From contig DAIDMR010000069.1 in the NCBI GenBank assembly GCA_027448865.1, positions 23,931 through 87,930 on the forward strand: a stretch of DNA of 64,000 nucleotides, written 5' to 3'. Source of the stretch: Vampirovibrio sp. GTDB lineage: Bacteria; Cyanobacteriota; Vampirovibrionia; Vampirovibrionales; Vampirovibrionaceae. Positions 19,037 to 28,830 of the stretch are shown here, piece by piece. Positions within the stretch are counted from its first letter, which is position 1. Every line of letters starts with the position of its first letter. The notes under the pieces are model-generated. The model was not told where the DNA came from. It ran no database searches and saw nothing but the letters and a program-made list of their open reading frames with translations. The translations under genes were made by a program, and so were the position numbers.

Positions 19037-21190
19037 TTGATCATGACCGTGACGAAGCCTTTACAAGTCTGTAATATTCCGGCCAATCAGCCCTGGCTGT
19101 TTGACTTTTTAAAAGATGAGCTGAAACCGTATCCCAACCGTTTTCACACCGTGGCTCGCATGGTGCTTTCCGCCACTCTGACCATGCTGGTGATCATGAC
19201 TTTGCGCAGTCCAAATGGGGCCATTGGCATTTTTTTCGGGTTATTAATTTCCAGAGAGAATCCTGCCAATACTCTGAAAAGCGGTTTGCAGACCATCCTG
19301 GCTTTTATTGCCGGGCTTGTGTATACCCTGCTGGGGGTGACTCTGTCTTTGAACGAACCGCTGCCTCACTTTGTTTTTATCGCGCTGAGTTTGGCGCTGA
19401 TGTTTTTTATCATCCGCACTGTTAAAAGTTTTAGCGCTGCTTTTGGCTTCTGCTTTATTGTGGTGACAACCCTCCCCGTTTGGGAGCCGCCTTTTTCGGT
19501 TAATGCCCAGGTGGATAGCACGCTTTGGTCGGTCTTTGGCGTTATATTGGCCGTGTGCGTCGCAATGACCGTTGAGCTTATCTTTTGCCCCCGGCAGAAT
19601 ACGACAGAGGAGATTCGGAAAGGGGTTAACTATCGCCTAGATGCCATGCAAGCCCTGTTTCAGGCTTATGTGAATGAACAGGTTACTACCGACAGTCCCA
19701 AATTGGAGCGGATTAAGCAGATGGCAAGACTGGGAGCCCGCCAGTTAAAATGGTTTTTGGCCCGTTCCAGCATCGAGGATTCTTTGGGCCTGCGTAAAGC
19801 CCGATGGGGAAGTTATATTTCCGCTGTAGAGCGCTTGGTGGATACGGCTTCAAACCTGGGTATCCCCAGAAAACCCTTAACGGAGGTGGATAAAAGTCGC
19901 CTGCTTGCTTTGCAGAATGCCTGTCGATCCCTGCGACTCGCCAATATCAGCGAAAACATACCCGTACAAAAGATCGGGTCTTTTTCGGAAAATCTTTCAC
20001 GGGCATTGCCGCTGTTGTCGGATCTAGAGCGCCAGTTTGAGCGTCTGCCCCAGTTGTTGAATGAGACCAGCCTTGATGAAAAAAAGACAGAGCCCACACA
20101 ATGGTCTTGGCGACAATTATTTCTAGCAGATGCCTTTGTGAGCGTGGAGTATCTGCATTTCGCGGTGAAGGGCACGCTGGCCGGATTGGCCTGTTATGTG
20201 TTCTATTCCGCTGTCGATTGGCCCGGACTCGGTAACAGCTTGGCGACCTGTGTGATTACAGCACTTTCTACCGTAGGCTCCTCACGACAAAAACAGATTT
20301 TGAGAATGGGTGGGGCCATTTTGGGCGGCTTAATTCTGGGGATCGGTTCCCAAATTTATATTTTGCCTCACCTGGATTCCATTTTAGGATTCACTCTGTT
20401 TTTTGGGATCATAACCGCCCTATCCGCCTGGGTGACCACGGCCAGTCCCCGATTGTCATACTTCGGACTGCAAATGGCCCTTGCCTTTTACCTTATTATG
20501 TTTCAAAGCACCGCAATTCCAACCGATCTCACCATAGGACGCGATCGGGTCATTGGGACCCTACTGGGTCTGGTTGCCATGTGGGGCATTTTCGATCAAT
20601 TGTGGGCCAAACCAGCCATTCAGGAAATGAAAGAGGCCTTTGCCGCCAACATGAAGCACTTGGGGACTTTGAGCCTGGCCATGCTGTCTGTTTCACCCTC
20701 GGTGGAAGCCATGGATATCCTGCGGGAACGTATTAATAACGGTTTTAACAAGATGGATGGAAACGCGGATATGATTCTTTTTGAGTTTGGCAGGGCTCGT
20801 GCTGAGCATTTATATTGGCGATCGCGACTTGAAAATTGGCAAAATACCCAGGAGTCCTTACTTTTGGCCCAATTGGCTGTTAACCACTATCGCTCTCACA
20901 TGCAAATCTCAGATTGGCCCGAGAGTCTGCAAGCCGCACTTTTACAGTTTAATCAGGCTTTGGCAAAAACCTGGTATGAAGTGGGCCTGCGAGTGACCAC
21001 GACCCCTGACTTAGCCCTCAACAACCATGTCCTGGAACCACTGCTTGTAAAACTGAGACAGGAAGTATTCCTTCATTTCGCCTCACGCCCTGATGAGATG
21101 GGCTTCCATAATGCCGAGGCCATACTGGATTTGGATGAGCAGATCGTGCTGATGACGGAAACCCTGATCAAGGAAGTCTCTGCCGCTTGA
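19037..21190 (+). CDS. FUSC (fusaric acid resistance / aromatic acid exporter) family protein, AaeB-like, 717 aa
   Basis: It is duplicated, with two hydrophobic modules each followed by a hydrophilic domain. It sits directly downstream of the HlyD-like gene, reproducing the aaeX-aaeA-aaeB order. Confidence 0.85.
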   Translation: MIMTVTKPLQVCNIPANQPWLFDFLKDELKPYPNRFHTVARMVLSATLTMLVIMTLRSPNGAIGIFFGLLISRENPANTLKSGLQTILAFIAGLVYTLLGVTLSLNEPLPHFVFIALSLALMFFIIRTVKSFSAAFGFCFIVVTTLPVWEPPFSVNAQVDSTLWSVFGVILAVCVAMTVELIFCPRQNTTEEIRKGVNYRLDAMQALFQAYVNEQVTTDSPKLERIKQMARLGARQLKWFLARSSIEDSLGLRKARWGSYISAVERLVDTASNLGIPRKPLTEVDKSRLLALQNACRSLRLANISENIPVQKIGSFSENLSRALPLLSDLERQFERLPQLLNETSLDEKKTEPTQWSWRQLFLADAFVSVEYLHFAVKGTLAGLACYVFYSAVDWPGLGNSLATCVITALSTVGSSRQKQILRMGGAILGGLILGIGSQIYILPHLDSILGFTLFFGIITALSAWVTTASPRLSYFGLQMALAFYLIMFQSTAIPTDLTIGRDRVIGTLLGLVAMWGIFDQLWAKPAIQEMKEAFAANMKHLGTLSLAMLSVSPSVEAMDILRERINNGFNKMDGNADMILFEFGRARAEHLYWRSRLENWQNTQESLLLAQLAVNHYRSHMQISDWPESLQAALLQFNQALAKTWYEVGLRVTTTPDLALNNHVLEPLLVKLRQEVFLHFASRPDEMGFHNAEAILDLDEQIVLMTETLIKEVSAA

Positions 21191-21332
21191 GGCAGTATAC
21201 CCGCTGGCTTCGTTTTTTTGTTCGCCAATCTTGTGCTGAACCGCTTTTTTGTATGCCGATTCAGAACTGCTTAGTCCGAAAGCTAAAGAGCCCCATCTCT
21301 TGGAACAGAAGGGGCCCCTAGCGAAGATCTTT

Positions 21333-21896
21333 TTAACTGATAACCAATTCCCAGGGCTTGGCATTGTTGCTTTTAAAGCCATCGGCCTGATACCCGGCGG
21401 CGGTCAGTTCTGTTTCGTATTGTTCAGGGTGTGCGGCCGCATCAATCATGACCTCAGAGATAATTTGCAGCGCTTCTTCCCAGTTGGCTTTCATCTCATC
21501 AGTCCATTCACCTTCTTTGGACAAATGCTCATCCAATACAGCCACTAGATTCTCTGCCACAGCGCCATAATGGCCGTTTTCCGTTTTATAGGCGATATGC
21601 CGTATGCCCATGGCTCGCAGGTAAGGCAACATAACCTCAGGGTTGGTAACAGATGCCACAATGGCGCCCACGGAAGCCATCAACTTCTTGTGTTGCTCCT
21701 CAGGCGGAGCGGTAAAGAGGTGTCGCACACTGGGATATTTCTCAAATAAACGCTCGTAAAAACGTAATCCTAATGTTCGCAACCCACCATTTTCTTTTTT
21801 GGCGCGATCAAACGATTCTGCAATCAGGGCCACATTCAATGTCATAGGGCGATTCCTTTTCAATTTAGGGGATACGTTTACTCTAGTCCATCCCAC
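21333..21896 (-). CDS. Single-domain bacterial globin (Vitreoscilla-Hb / flavohemoglobin N-domain-like) with a C-terminal extension, 187 aa
   Basis: The globin A-B-C helix pattern ...FDRAKKENGGLRTLGLRFYERLFEKYPSVRHLF... matches the Vgb/Hmp N-domain pattern (FYxxLFxxxPxxxxLF). The proximal region MGIRHIAYKTENGHY has a candidate proximal His. Confidence 0.65.
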   Translation of the reverse strand: MGWTRVNVSPKLKRNRPMTLNVALIAESFDRAKKENGGLRTLGLRFYERLFEKYPSVRHLFTAPPEEQHKKLMASVGAIVASVTNPEVMLPYLRAMGIRHIAYKTENGHYGAVAENLVAVLDEHLSKEGEWTDEMKANWEEALQIISEVMIDAAAHPEQYETELTAAGYQADGFKSNNAKPWELVIS

Positions 21897-21913
21897 CCCT
21901 GAGCCTCATTGAC

Positions 21914-22615
21914 TTAAGTCAAGCTTGCGTCGATGCTGGCCAGTGTCATCAATTGTTCACGCTCTAATAAATGAATCCGGTTTTCCTCGACCCTAATGAA
22001 GCCTTTTTCCGCCAATTTTTTGAAAGTACGGGAAAGTGTTTCAGGAATAGTGCCCAAAATGGATGCCAGTGTTTTCTTATGAATATATATTATCGCTTTG
22101 TCGGGAGAATTCTCACTGACCGACAACAAGTATTTGGCCAGGCGGGAATCCACCGTCCGGAGTGAGAGATCTTCAATAATTTCACTGAATTTATGAAGCC
22201 GTTGGGCAAAAACGCTCAGTAAGCTCAGCGCCAGATCTGGATATTGCTTTACCAGGGCCCGAAAGGCATGACCCTGAATGACCAGCACCTCGGTATCCTC
22301 CGTACAGAGACTGTTGGCGGGATATTTGGGAATACCGCTAAAAACAGGGACTTCCGCAAAAATATCACCCGGCCCAAAAAGGTGCAGAATCATTTCCTTG
22401 CCCTCCCCGGAAATTTTGTAAATCTGCACTTTACCACCCAATACTATAAAAAAGGCGGTGGCCTCTTCCCCCTGGGAGAAGATTAACTCGCCAGCCTGGT
22501 ATTTTTGAATGGTGGAAATAGCGGCCAGCTCATCCAGCTGCTGTTCTTTCAGCAACCGAAAATGAAAAAGGCGCTTGAGGGTACTTTTAACGGTATGTCC
22601 GGTTAAAGCAAACAT
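21914..22615 (-). CDS. Crp/Fnr-family transcriptional regulator (Dnr/NnrR-like; no Fnr Cys cluster), 233 aa
   Basis: It has an N-terminal cNMP-binding beta-roll (GELIFSQGEEATAFFIVLGGKVQIYK) and a C-terminal HTH (KTLASILGTIPETLSRTFKKLAEKGFI). It lies next to the globin gene on the same strand. Confidence 0.85.
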   Translation of the reverse strand: MFALTGHTVKSTLKRLFHFRLLKEQQLDELAAISTIQKYQAGELIFSQGEEATAFFIVLGGKVQIYKISGEGKEMILHLFGPGDIFAEVPVFSGIPKYPANSLCTEDTEVLVIQGHAFRALVKQYPDLALSLLSVFAQRLHKFSEIIEDLSLRTVDSRLAKYLLSVSENSPDKAIIYIHKKTLASILGTIPETLSRTFKKLAEKGFIRVEENRIHLLEREQLMTLASIDASLT

Positions 22616-22622
22616 GCTCTCA

Positions 22623-22961
22623 TTATAGCGACTTAAACTTGAAAACTACAAACACGCAGTCAGTTTCGGCTTCAGCGCCATGAGGTGTGCCCGCTTGCAT
22701 TTCCAGCATTGAGCCTGGATGCATGACATAGGCGTCATCGTTGGCTGTAAACCGGGCTTTGCCACGCAGCCATAAAACCAGAACCTGATCATCGGTCTTG
22801 TGACATTTGAGAGCAGTTCCGGCTTTCAGGGATACGCGTTTGATCTGGGTGTGCCCCACAGCAGCCAAAGGAGTAATGAGAGGTTTATCGACTTCAAAAT
22901 CACAGTGTTCCAGTATATTTTTGTAGTGAACTTCTGAATTAAAAGCAATTGACATATTCAA
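22623..22961 (-). CDS. Cupin-domain protein, 112 aa
   Basis: It is a small beta-rich protein with the cupin-like motif HKTDDQVLVLWLRGKA...HPG...G.PHG. It lies 7 bp downstream of the Crp-family gene. Confidence 0.55.
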   Translation of the reverse strand: MNMSIAFNSEVHYKNILEHCDFEVDKPLITPLAAVGHTQIKRVSLKAGTALKCHKTDDQVLVLWLRGKARFTANDDAYVMHPGSMLEMQAGTPHGAEAETDCVFVVFKFKSL

Positions 22962-23381
22962 ACTCCACTTAGTACGTTCATCCTAAAACAACGTCCTCAA
23001 GATTGCCTTGATTTAAGTCAAGACTACCGGGTCTGTACCGGTGTAACGCAGTGCTGGAAAGACGCCTTCATCATAAAAACTCGCACCCGAATCGTTAATT
23101 TTTCCAACGCGTTATGCATGTGTCGTTCCCAGAAGCTGCCCAAAATCCACTGGTACAAATTACCGTGTTGTGTTTTTATGCAAAAAATATTGTAAGAGGA
23201 TCATGATCGTGGTCTCTGTTTCTGGCGCAACGACTCACCCATTCGCTCAAACCCATCACGCGAACGGTACTAGGCCGACTTCATCTCTAAAACCCGCTCA
23301 CCTCACACGTTTTTCTGGGGGCGGTAACCCAGCCGAAACAGACAAGGCTCCCCCTCGTGGCCTGAAAAAGCTGACCCACCT

Positions 23382-24203
23382 GTGGAGGGCTTTCAGAAAA
23401 AAGTCCTAGAGCTGCTTCGCTGGGCCACCTACAAATTGGGGTTCAAGGAGCAGCACAAGCAATTCCACCTCAAACTCTTCCCCGGCTATCAGGCCATTCT
23501 GGAAAAAGCACAGAAAAACGCCACGATTTCGCTACCAGAGGGGGGCCTCCAGCTTTTGAAACCAGTCTATGACTCCATTGAAAAGAAGATGGTGTACCCT
23601 AAAGGCATGTTATTCCTGGATGGTGTTCCCTATAACCAGCCGGATGATGAGATTCGACAACTGTCAGCCATGCATTTATGGATCAATAGTAATGCCTTTT
23701 ATCCAGATGGTTCTGGAAAAGAAGACAATTATACCCATAAGGCGAATGAGAATACGGTTCACTATTACCTGGGCGAATTGGTGAAGCGAATTCAACCCGA
23801 AGATGCTCTAAGACTTATGAACCAGGAAAAGGATTACTGGACTCATAAAGGTTCTTACGAAGTCCCTCAGTCATCTGCACGGTTAACTTATTTTTTCAGC
23901 CTCTGCTCTAAAGTGGCAGAGAAGCCCGGTCTGTTAAAAATCAACCCCCAATGGTTTATCGGGGAAGATAAAAATGAGGATTATCAACTTAAAGGGCCAT
24001 CAGGGCTTTTAGATGCTTGGGCCAGTGTCAAAGCCCACAGAGCTGACAATGAATATCTGGAATCTATTGGCTATATGCCCATGAGCCAAGCGTTTCAGGC
24101 GTTTAATCTTCCTAGAACGGTACATGTCATTGACAAGCTAGTCCATGAGGGAAAAATCCCAGCAAAGCGTGAAGACCGGAAACCTGCTGAAACATTTAGG
24201 TAA
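23382..24203 (+). CDS. Hypothetical protein (273 aa), effector-like, no recognisable domain
   Basis: It is a long ORF with a coding-like composition. I see no family match. It is adjacent to the ankyrin-repeat protein. Confidence 0.45.
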   Translation: MEGFQKKVLELLRWATYKLGFKEQHKQFHLKLFPGYQAILEKAQKNATISLPEGGLQLLKPVYDSIEKKMVYPKGMLFLDGVPYNQPDDEIRQLSAMHLWINSNAFYPDGSGKEDNYTHKANENTVHYYLGELVKRIQPEDALRLMNQEKDYWTHKGSYEVPQSSARLTYFFSLCSKVAEKPGLLKINPQWFIGEDKNEDYQLKGPSGLLDAWASVKAHRADNEYLESIGYMPMSQAFQAFNLPRTVHVIDKLVHEGKIPAKREDRKPAETFR

Positions 24204-24317
24204 TTCCGCCTCACACCAAGACAATTCTCAAACGACCCTTTTAAGTGACAAACAGCAGGCATTGAAAAAAGAGGAGTGAAACAAACGCTTATTTTTGAAG
24301 CCAGGTTTTTATCCTGA

Positions 24318-26129
24318 TCATTGTCCTTGAGGCTCTTGAATAAGCGCTCTATCTGATTCGGCCTGTTCTTTGCTCGCCTCAAGCAATATTTGAACGGCTT
24401 GAGCCTGATGATGTTGCCGCGCCAGGTCCAATGCGGTTTGGCCGTTCGCATTTTTTTGCCCAAGCGTTTGAGGTGACTTGGCCAAAACCTGCAACATCGC
24501 CAAGTTATTGCGCAATACCGCTTTCATCAAAGCCGTTTCCCCCTTTTTGTCTTTCAGGGTGGTATCAGCTCCTGCCCGGATTAGCAACTGGGTAACATTG
24601 GCTAAATGATTCTTGTAATCGACAAAAGCTCCCTCAGGGACGCGAACTCTCCGCATCGCCGTGATTGCTTTGACCAAGTGGACTCTGAATCGGTCATAGG
24701 TGGACTGCTGGTAGTCTGAGTCCTTTAATTGAGTGAGGGCCATCAAGGCGCTTTGCCCTTCATGATCCTGGATATTTAGATTGACGGGCTGAGCATCGGC
24801 TCTGGAGAAAATGTTGCCTAAGCGTTGTCTACCCCAGGGGGTAAAGAATGCGAATGCCCCTAATAACGTAAGCTCTCCGTTTTCTGCGGCATGAATCAGT
24901 GCTGTTTTCCCGGCTTGGTTTTGATAATTCGGTTGCCGGGACCTGGAAAGCAGAGCAATACTATAGATGCCGTTTGTGAAAGCCAGAGACGATTTCCTCT
25001 TGGCCAGGTACATTAAAGGGGTGTTTTGATCATTGTCGGGAATGTCTGGACTGGCATCGCTCAGGAGCAGAGAGAGCACAAAGGTACTAAAACAGATTGG
25101 ACTTGCCTCCCGGAGTGGAGAATTCGCCAAATGACTTAATGCGGTCTTTCCGTCTTTGTCCTGAACGTTAATCACATCCAGACTCTTTGTAGAAAGCGCC
25201 TGTGATGCACGAATAAAGCCGGGCACTCCAAATTTACCCGATATTAACTTTTTTCCAAGCGTATAAATTGAGCTGCTCGTCCAAGGCTCTACTTTGACGT
25301 TGGTTGTCCAATGCATCAACGCGGTTTTACCCTCTGAATCCTGAGCATTAGCCTGGGCCCCCAGACTTAAAAGCCGAATAATGGCGTAGGGATTACCCCG
25401 CTGAGCAGCCCAGATTAAGGCCGTTTTTCCTTGATGATCTCGACGATTGAGGGCCGCGCCGTTTTCCGTTAACTCATAGGCCGCAAAGTTATTCCCCGCG
25501 CGAAGGGCATTCATCAGCGGGGTGCGCCCCTGGTTATCCGCTGCGTTCACTCTCACCATAGGGCGCTTTGCCAAAGCCTCACCGGGGAGGGATTGGCTAT
25601 AGGGGTAATCCGGAAGCTCCTGGCAATCTTCGGCCTTGGCATGTTTCAGTAACGTCATGAACGACTGGTTGTTTCCCTGGGCGGCAGACAGCGCAAGCCC
25701 GGTACGCCCTTCGGAATCCTTGGCCGAGGGGTCTGCGCCACCTCGCAGTAATTTTTGAATGGCCTTGGGATAATCCCCTTTTTTAGCCGCTTGCAGTAAA
25801 AGCGTGTCCCCTTCACTGTCTTTGGACTCCAAATCAACTCGAAATTGCTCCCGTCCTGACCGACCTTGTTTTTCGCTGGCCAGCAAGGCTGTCATAATGG
25901 CCCCATCATTATGCTCCAGGCTATTGAATAAGAACGGTGAATTTTCAGTGAGTGCTTTTAATACAGGGTACAAGGATCGTGCATTACTGTCACCCGGGTT
26001 CGTATTTTCAGCCGTAGCAGACTCAGATTTCCTTGTTTTGGGTTTAAACGGGAGCCAACTTGTAAGAGACGAGGAGAGAGGAGAGGTCATAGCAAACGCA
26101 GGGCTTTCTTTACTGATTGCGGGGTACAC
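24318..26129 (-). CDS. Ankyrin-repeat protein (eukaryote-like domain; candidate secreted effector), 603 aa
   Basis: It contains at least 8 ankyrin repeats with the classic consensus, for example DxxGxTALMxAxxxGxxxxVxxLLxxGAxxNxxD. Examples are DSEGDTLLLQAAKKGDYPKAIQKLLRGGADPSAKD, NQGRTPLMNALRAGN, DHQGKTALIWAAQRGNPYAIIRLLSLGAQANAQD, and KNANGQTALDLARQHHQAQAVQILL. Confidence 0.85.
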   Translation of the reverse strand: MYPAISKESPAFAMTSPLSSSLTSWLPFKPKTRKSESATAENTNPGDSNARSLYPVLKALTENSPFLFNSLEHNDGAIMTALLASEKQGRSGREQFRVDLESKDSEGDTLLLQAAKKGDYPKAIQKLLRGGADPSAKDSEGRTGLALSAAQGNNQSFMTLLKHAKAEDCQELPDYPYSQSLPGEALAKRPMVRVNAADNQGRTPLMNALRAGNNFAAYELTENGAALNRRDHQGKTALIWAAQRGNPYAIIRLLSLGAQANAQDSEGKTALMHWTTNVKVEPWTSSSIYTLGKKLISGKFGVPGFIRASQALSTKSLDVINVQDKDGKTALSHLANSPLREASPICFSTFVLSLLLSDASPDIPDNDQNTPLMYLAKRKSSLAFTNGIYSIALLSRSRQPNYQNQAGKTALIHAAENGELTLLGAFAFFTPWGRQRLGNIFSRADAQPVNLNIQDHEGQSALMALTQLKDSDYQQSTYDRFRVHLVKAITAMRRVRVPEGAFVDYKNHLANVTQLLIRAGADTTLKDKKGETALMKAVLRNNLAMLQVLAKSPQTLGQKNANGQTALDLARQHHQAQAVQILLEASKEQAESDRALIQEPQGQ

Positions 26130-26272
26130 TAATTCGGTCTAGATTGTCCTTTAATACAAAACGAAGGGCCTCTATTTGATACCAAATTTTGACTCAAAAC
26201 CTGGATAGAGGGAACTGGCTAGAAGAGAAAAACCGATTTAGCGACTTAAACTGGGTTTATTTTACCCGATTT

Positions 26273-28450
26273 TCAAGCTGACTCATTACCCTTTTCCCTG
26301 TCCCAGTCTTCCTTCAACTGTTGCCAATGTGGGAGATTTCCAAAAAACCAGGGATAAATGGCGTCTTCAACCCAGTATTCTTTACCCTGAACCATTTTAA
26401 ATAAAGATCCAATTGCTTCTGGAAATGATTTTTTCGACAAGACGGATCGGTCGATCAAAATGCGATTGTTGTTCTGACTCACTCGCACAAAACTATCCGA
26501 GGCAAGCTCGCCATTTTTGTTCTCTGGCAGAGAGACCACATCAATAGGCAGGGTGGACAATTCCGCTAAGCGATCGACTCTACTGGTAAAGTAACTGTGC
26601 TTGTCTTTATTTTGCCGCTTCACTGTCTCAATCAGCGAATTCAAGCCGGAGGACAACACCTTCAACTGCCTTTGCTCTCTCGGCGTCAAGTGGGTGATCT
26701 TAGTGGCTTTACTTTCTAATAAGGCATTTCGATCCATAAGAATCGCGTGCCCGTCAGGTACACCCAGGTGCTGCAAGGCAGGATTTACCGGAATATAACC
26801 GTCTTTAAACAACTTAGTCAGTTGCTCCTGGCCTTCTTTTCCACGCATCAATTGATAGGGATTAATGGCGACCAATCCCTCCGGAATAAACGCTGGGTTT
26901 GGCGATTCACCTTTTTTTGTGGTTCCCTTTGCAGCTTCGTAGGTTAAAGCCGCGTAATGACTGCACAAAGTTTCCAGCATCATGTTCGCGGCTTTTTTGT
27001 CATCTCCGCGAATGGCTTTGTCTTCCAGCAAGTCTTCAGGTTTCTTGTAGAACCAATGATCTCTGAGAACCTGAATACCCTGAGCCGTTTGTTCCAGAGA
27101 CATTCCTTCCACCACCTTCCTTAAGATGGTCTCAACATCGTGATCTTGAATGGCCACGCGATCACGATCCGTTAAATTGAGGACTTTTTTGTTACTCCAC
27201 AAAATTAAGCCGGGTATGGCATCATAATGACCTTCCTGACCGAAGGTCCTTAGCTGTCCAGCTTCATAGACACGGCCAGGGGCCTTTTTACTGGTTTGTA
27301 ACTTGAAGCCCCCAATCTCGTTTTCATATAGGGGATCCTTGAATATTTCATTGGAAGGGTTGTAGAAAAGCTTATGCCCATCTTTGAGTGACTCTGCAAG
27401 GATTGGATGCGTTGTCTCAAATTCCAGGCTATTGCCTTTAATCGGCGGATTGAGCGGCGTTAACTGAACCATTAGGCCCCGGACTTTATTGTTAGAAACA
27501 AATTGAGAGCCTGGATAATCCAATTTAAAATCCGCCTGCCATTCACCGGAACGGAAAGTGACCTGCTTGGCTCCAAAATCTCTTAATAGCAAGAGGGCCA
27601 TTACTTTTGCGCCCTCACCAAAGCCACCGGCTGTGGAGTCTTTACCCTGCTTGTCTGTCCCCCCCAGGGCCAGTAGCTTGTCAACGTCATAGGTCGCGGA
27701 GGCGGTGATGTTGACCCGATGGCTTCCTGAGCGTGGCTCGCTGACCTGGATGGACACGCCATCCAGGGTCTGGCCTTGCCCGTCGTAGAAGTTTTGCAAG
27801 GCATCCCGCGCTACTTTAAAAGGACTCCACTGGATACCGTAGCTTTCAAGGATGTTAATAAACGTAAAATTGCGGTAATGCCGCATGATTTCATTCTCGG
27901 GGCCAAAGAATCTGGAGGCCCTGGCAACACCTGTTGTTTTTCGCACCTGTCTGGAAAAGTCTATTTTTTTGAGAGCCGGCTGATCCAAAATGGCTTTCAT
28001 TCTCTCTGGCGTCAACTGTCTCAACTGCTTTAGAACCCCTTCAGCCTGGCGTTTACGTAAAAACGAAAAAAATTGCTGAAGGGCATAGGAAGGATTAAAC
28101 CATTTTACGGCGGATTTAAACCAGTTTTTGAGCTTTGCCCAAAGTCCTTTCGGCTTTTGAGGCAGGATGTCCGGAACTTCAGATAGTTTCTGCTTGGGTT
28201 TGAACCGATTGAAAAATGAGCGAAACCAGGATGTTACACGATTCCAAAATTTAGTAAGCGCAGAAGGCTGACTGTTCTTATTATTACTCCCGCTAAATCT
28301 CGTTCTCTCAACTGGAGAGGATGGAACCGAAGGATACGCATCAGGCCTTTGGCCAGTATGTGTTACGCGATTCCTGGAAGACGAAGATAAGGGTCTCTGC
28401 GTATAATTTGGGGTTTCCGGTATGGACATAAGGCCTTCATATCTGAGCAA
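26273..28450 (-). CDS. Large hypothetical protein (725 aa), Ser/Pro-rich N-terminus, possible GHKL-like ATPase motifs; effector-like
   Basis: It is a long uninterrupted ORF. The N-terminal ~90 aa are low-complexity (S/P/R-rich). The central region has ARDALQNFYDGQGQTLDG ... GGFGEGAKV, reminiscent of Bergerat-fold N/G1/G2 boxes. This is a weak match made by eye only. Confidence 0.5.
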   Translation of the reverse strand: MLRYEGLMSIPETPNYTQRPLSSSSRNRVTHTGQRPDAYPSVPSSPVERTRFSGSNNKNSQPSALTKFWNRVTSWFRSFFNRFKPKQKLSEVPDILPQKPKGLWAKLKNWFKSAVKWFNPSYALQQFFSFLRKRQAEGVLKQLRQLTPERMKAILDQPALKKIDFSRQVRKTTGVARASRFFGPENEIMRHYRNFTFINILESYGIQWSPFKVARDALQNFYDGQGQTLDGVSIQVSEPRSGSHRVNITASATYDVDKLLALGGTDKQGKDSTAGGFGEGAKVMALLLLRDFGAKQVTFRSGEWQADFKLDYPGSQFVSNNKVRGLMVQLTPLNPPIKGNSLEFETTHPILAESLKDGHKLFYNPSNEIFKDPLYENEIGGFKLQTSKKAPGRVYEAGQLRTFGQEGHYDAIPGLILWSNKKVLNLTDRDRVAIQDHDVETILRKVVEGMSLEQTAQGIQVLRDHWFYKKPEDLLEDKAIRGDDKKAANMMLETLCSHYAALTYEAAKGTTKKGESPNPAFIPEGLVAINPYQLMRGKEGQEQLTKLFKDGYIPVNPALQHLGVPDGHAILMDRNALLESKATKITHLTPREQRQLKVLSSGLNSLIETVKRQNKDKHSYFTSRVDRLAELSTLPIDVVSLPENKNGELASDSFVRVSQNNNRILIDRSVLSKKSFPEAIGSLFKMVQGKEYWVEDAIYPWFFGNLPHWQQLKEDWDREKGNESA

Positions 28451-28830
28451 TGAGCTGTAAACACTAATCTAAAACCGTTAAAGCTCATTTGTTGCTATCT
28501 TCCTGCAAAGATTACGCCATTTCAGCGACTGTTTTATTGAACCCTGTCACAAAAGTTTGGCGGACTTGAACGGGCTTGATCGCTTAAGTGTCATCAGAAC
28601 GACTGGCGGGCCAAAAACTAGAAAAGCCCCAGTTGGACGTTCATCCTTCTGAGACTTGGGTTTTGTGAAGAAAAGGTTGGTACCCCCAGGGGAATTCGAA
28701 AAGGAGAAATATGGTTTACCGCCCATTACCGGTACCTCCTTAAACCTAACCGTAGAGATGCTTTTGCCCCTATGCTCAAAAAATAAGTGTTTTTATTTTC
28801 TACTGAGATATACCCCCTTTTCCCAACACA

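Noticed and set aside
23170-23409. 79-aa ORF upstream of, and overlapping, the 273-aa hypothetical gene
   Set aside because: It is in a different frame, overlaps the downstream start, and has no recognisable features. It probably sits in the promoter region of the 273-aa gene.
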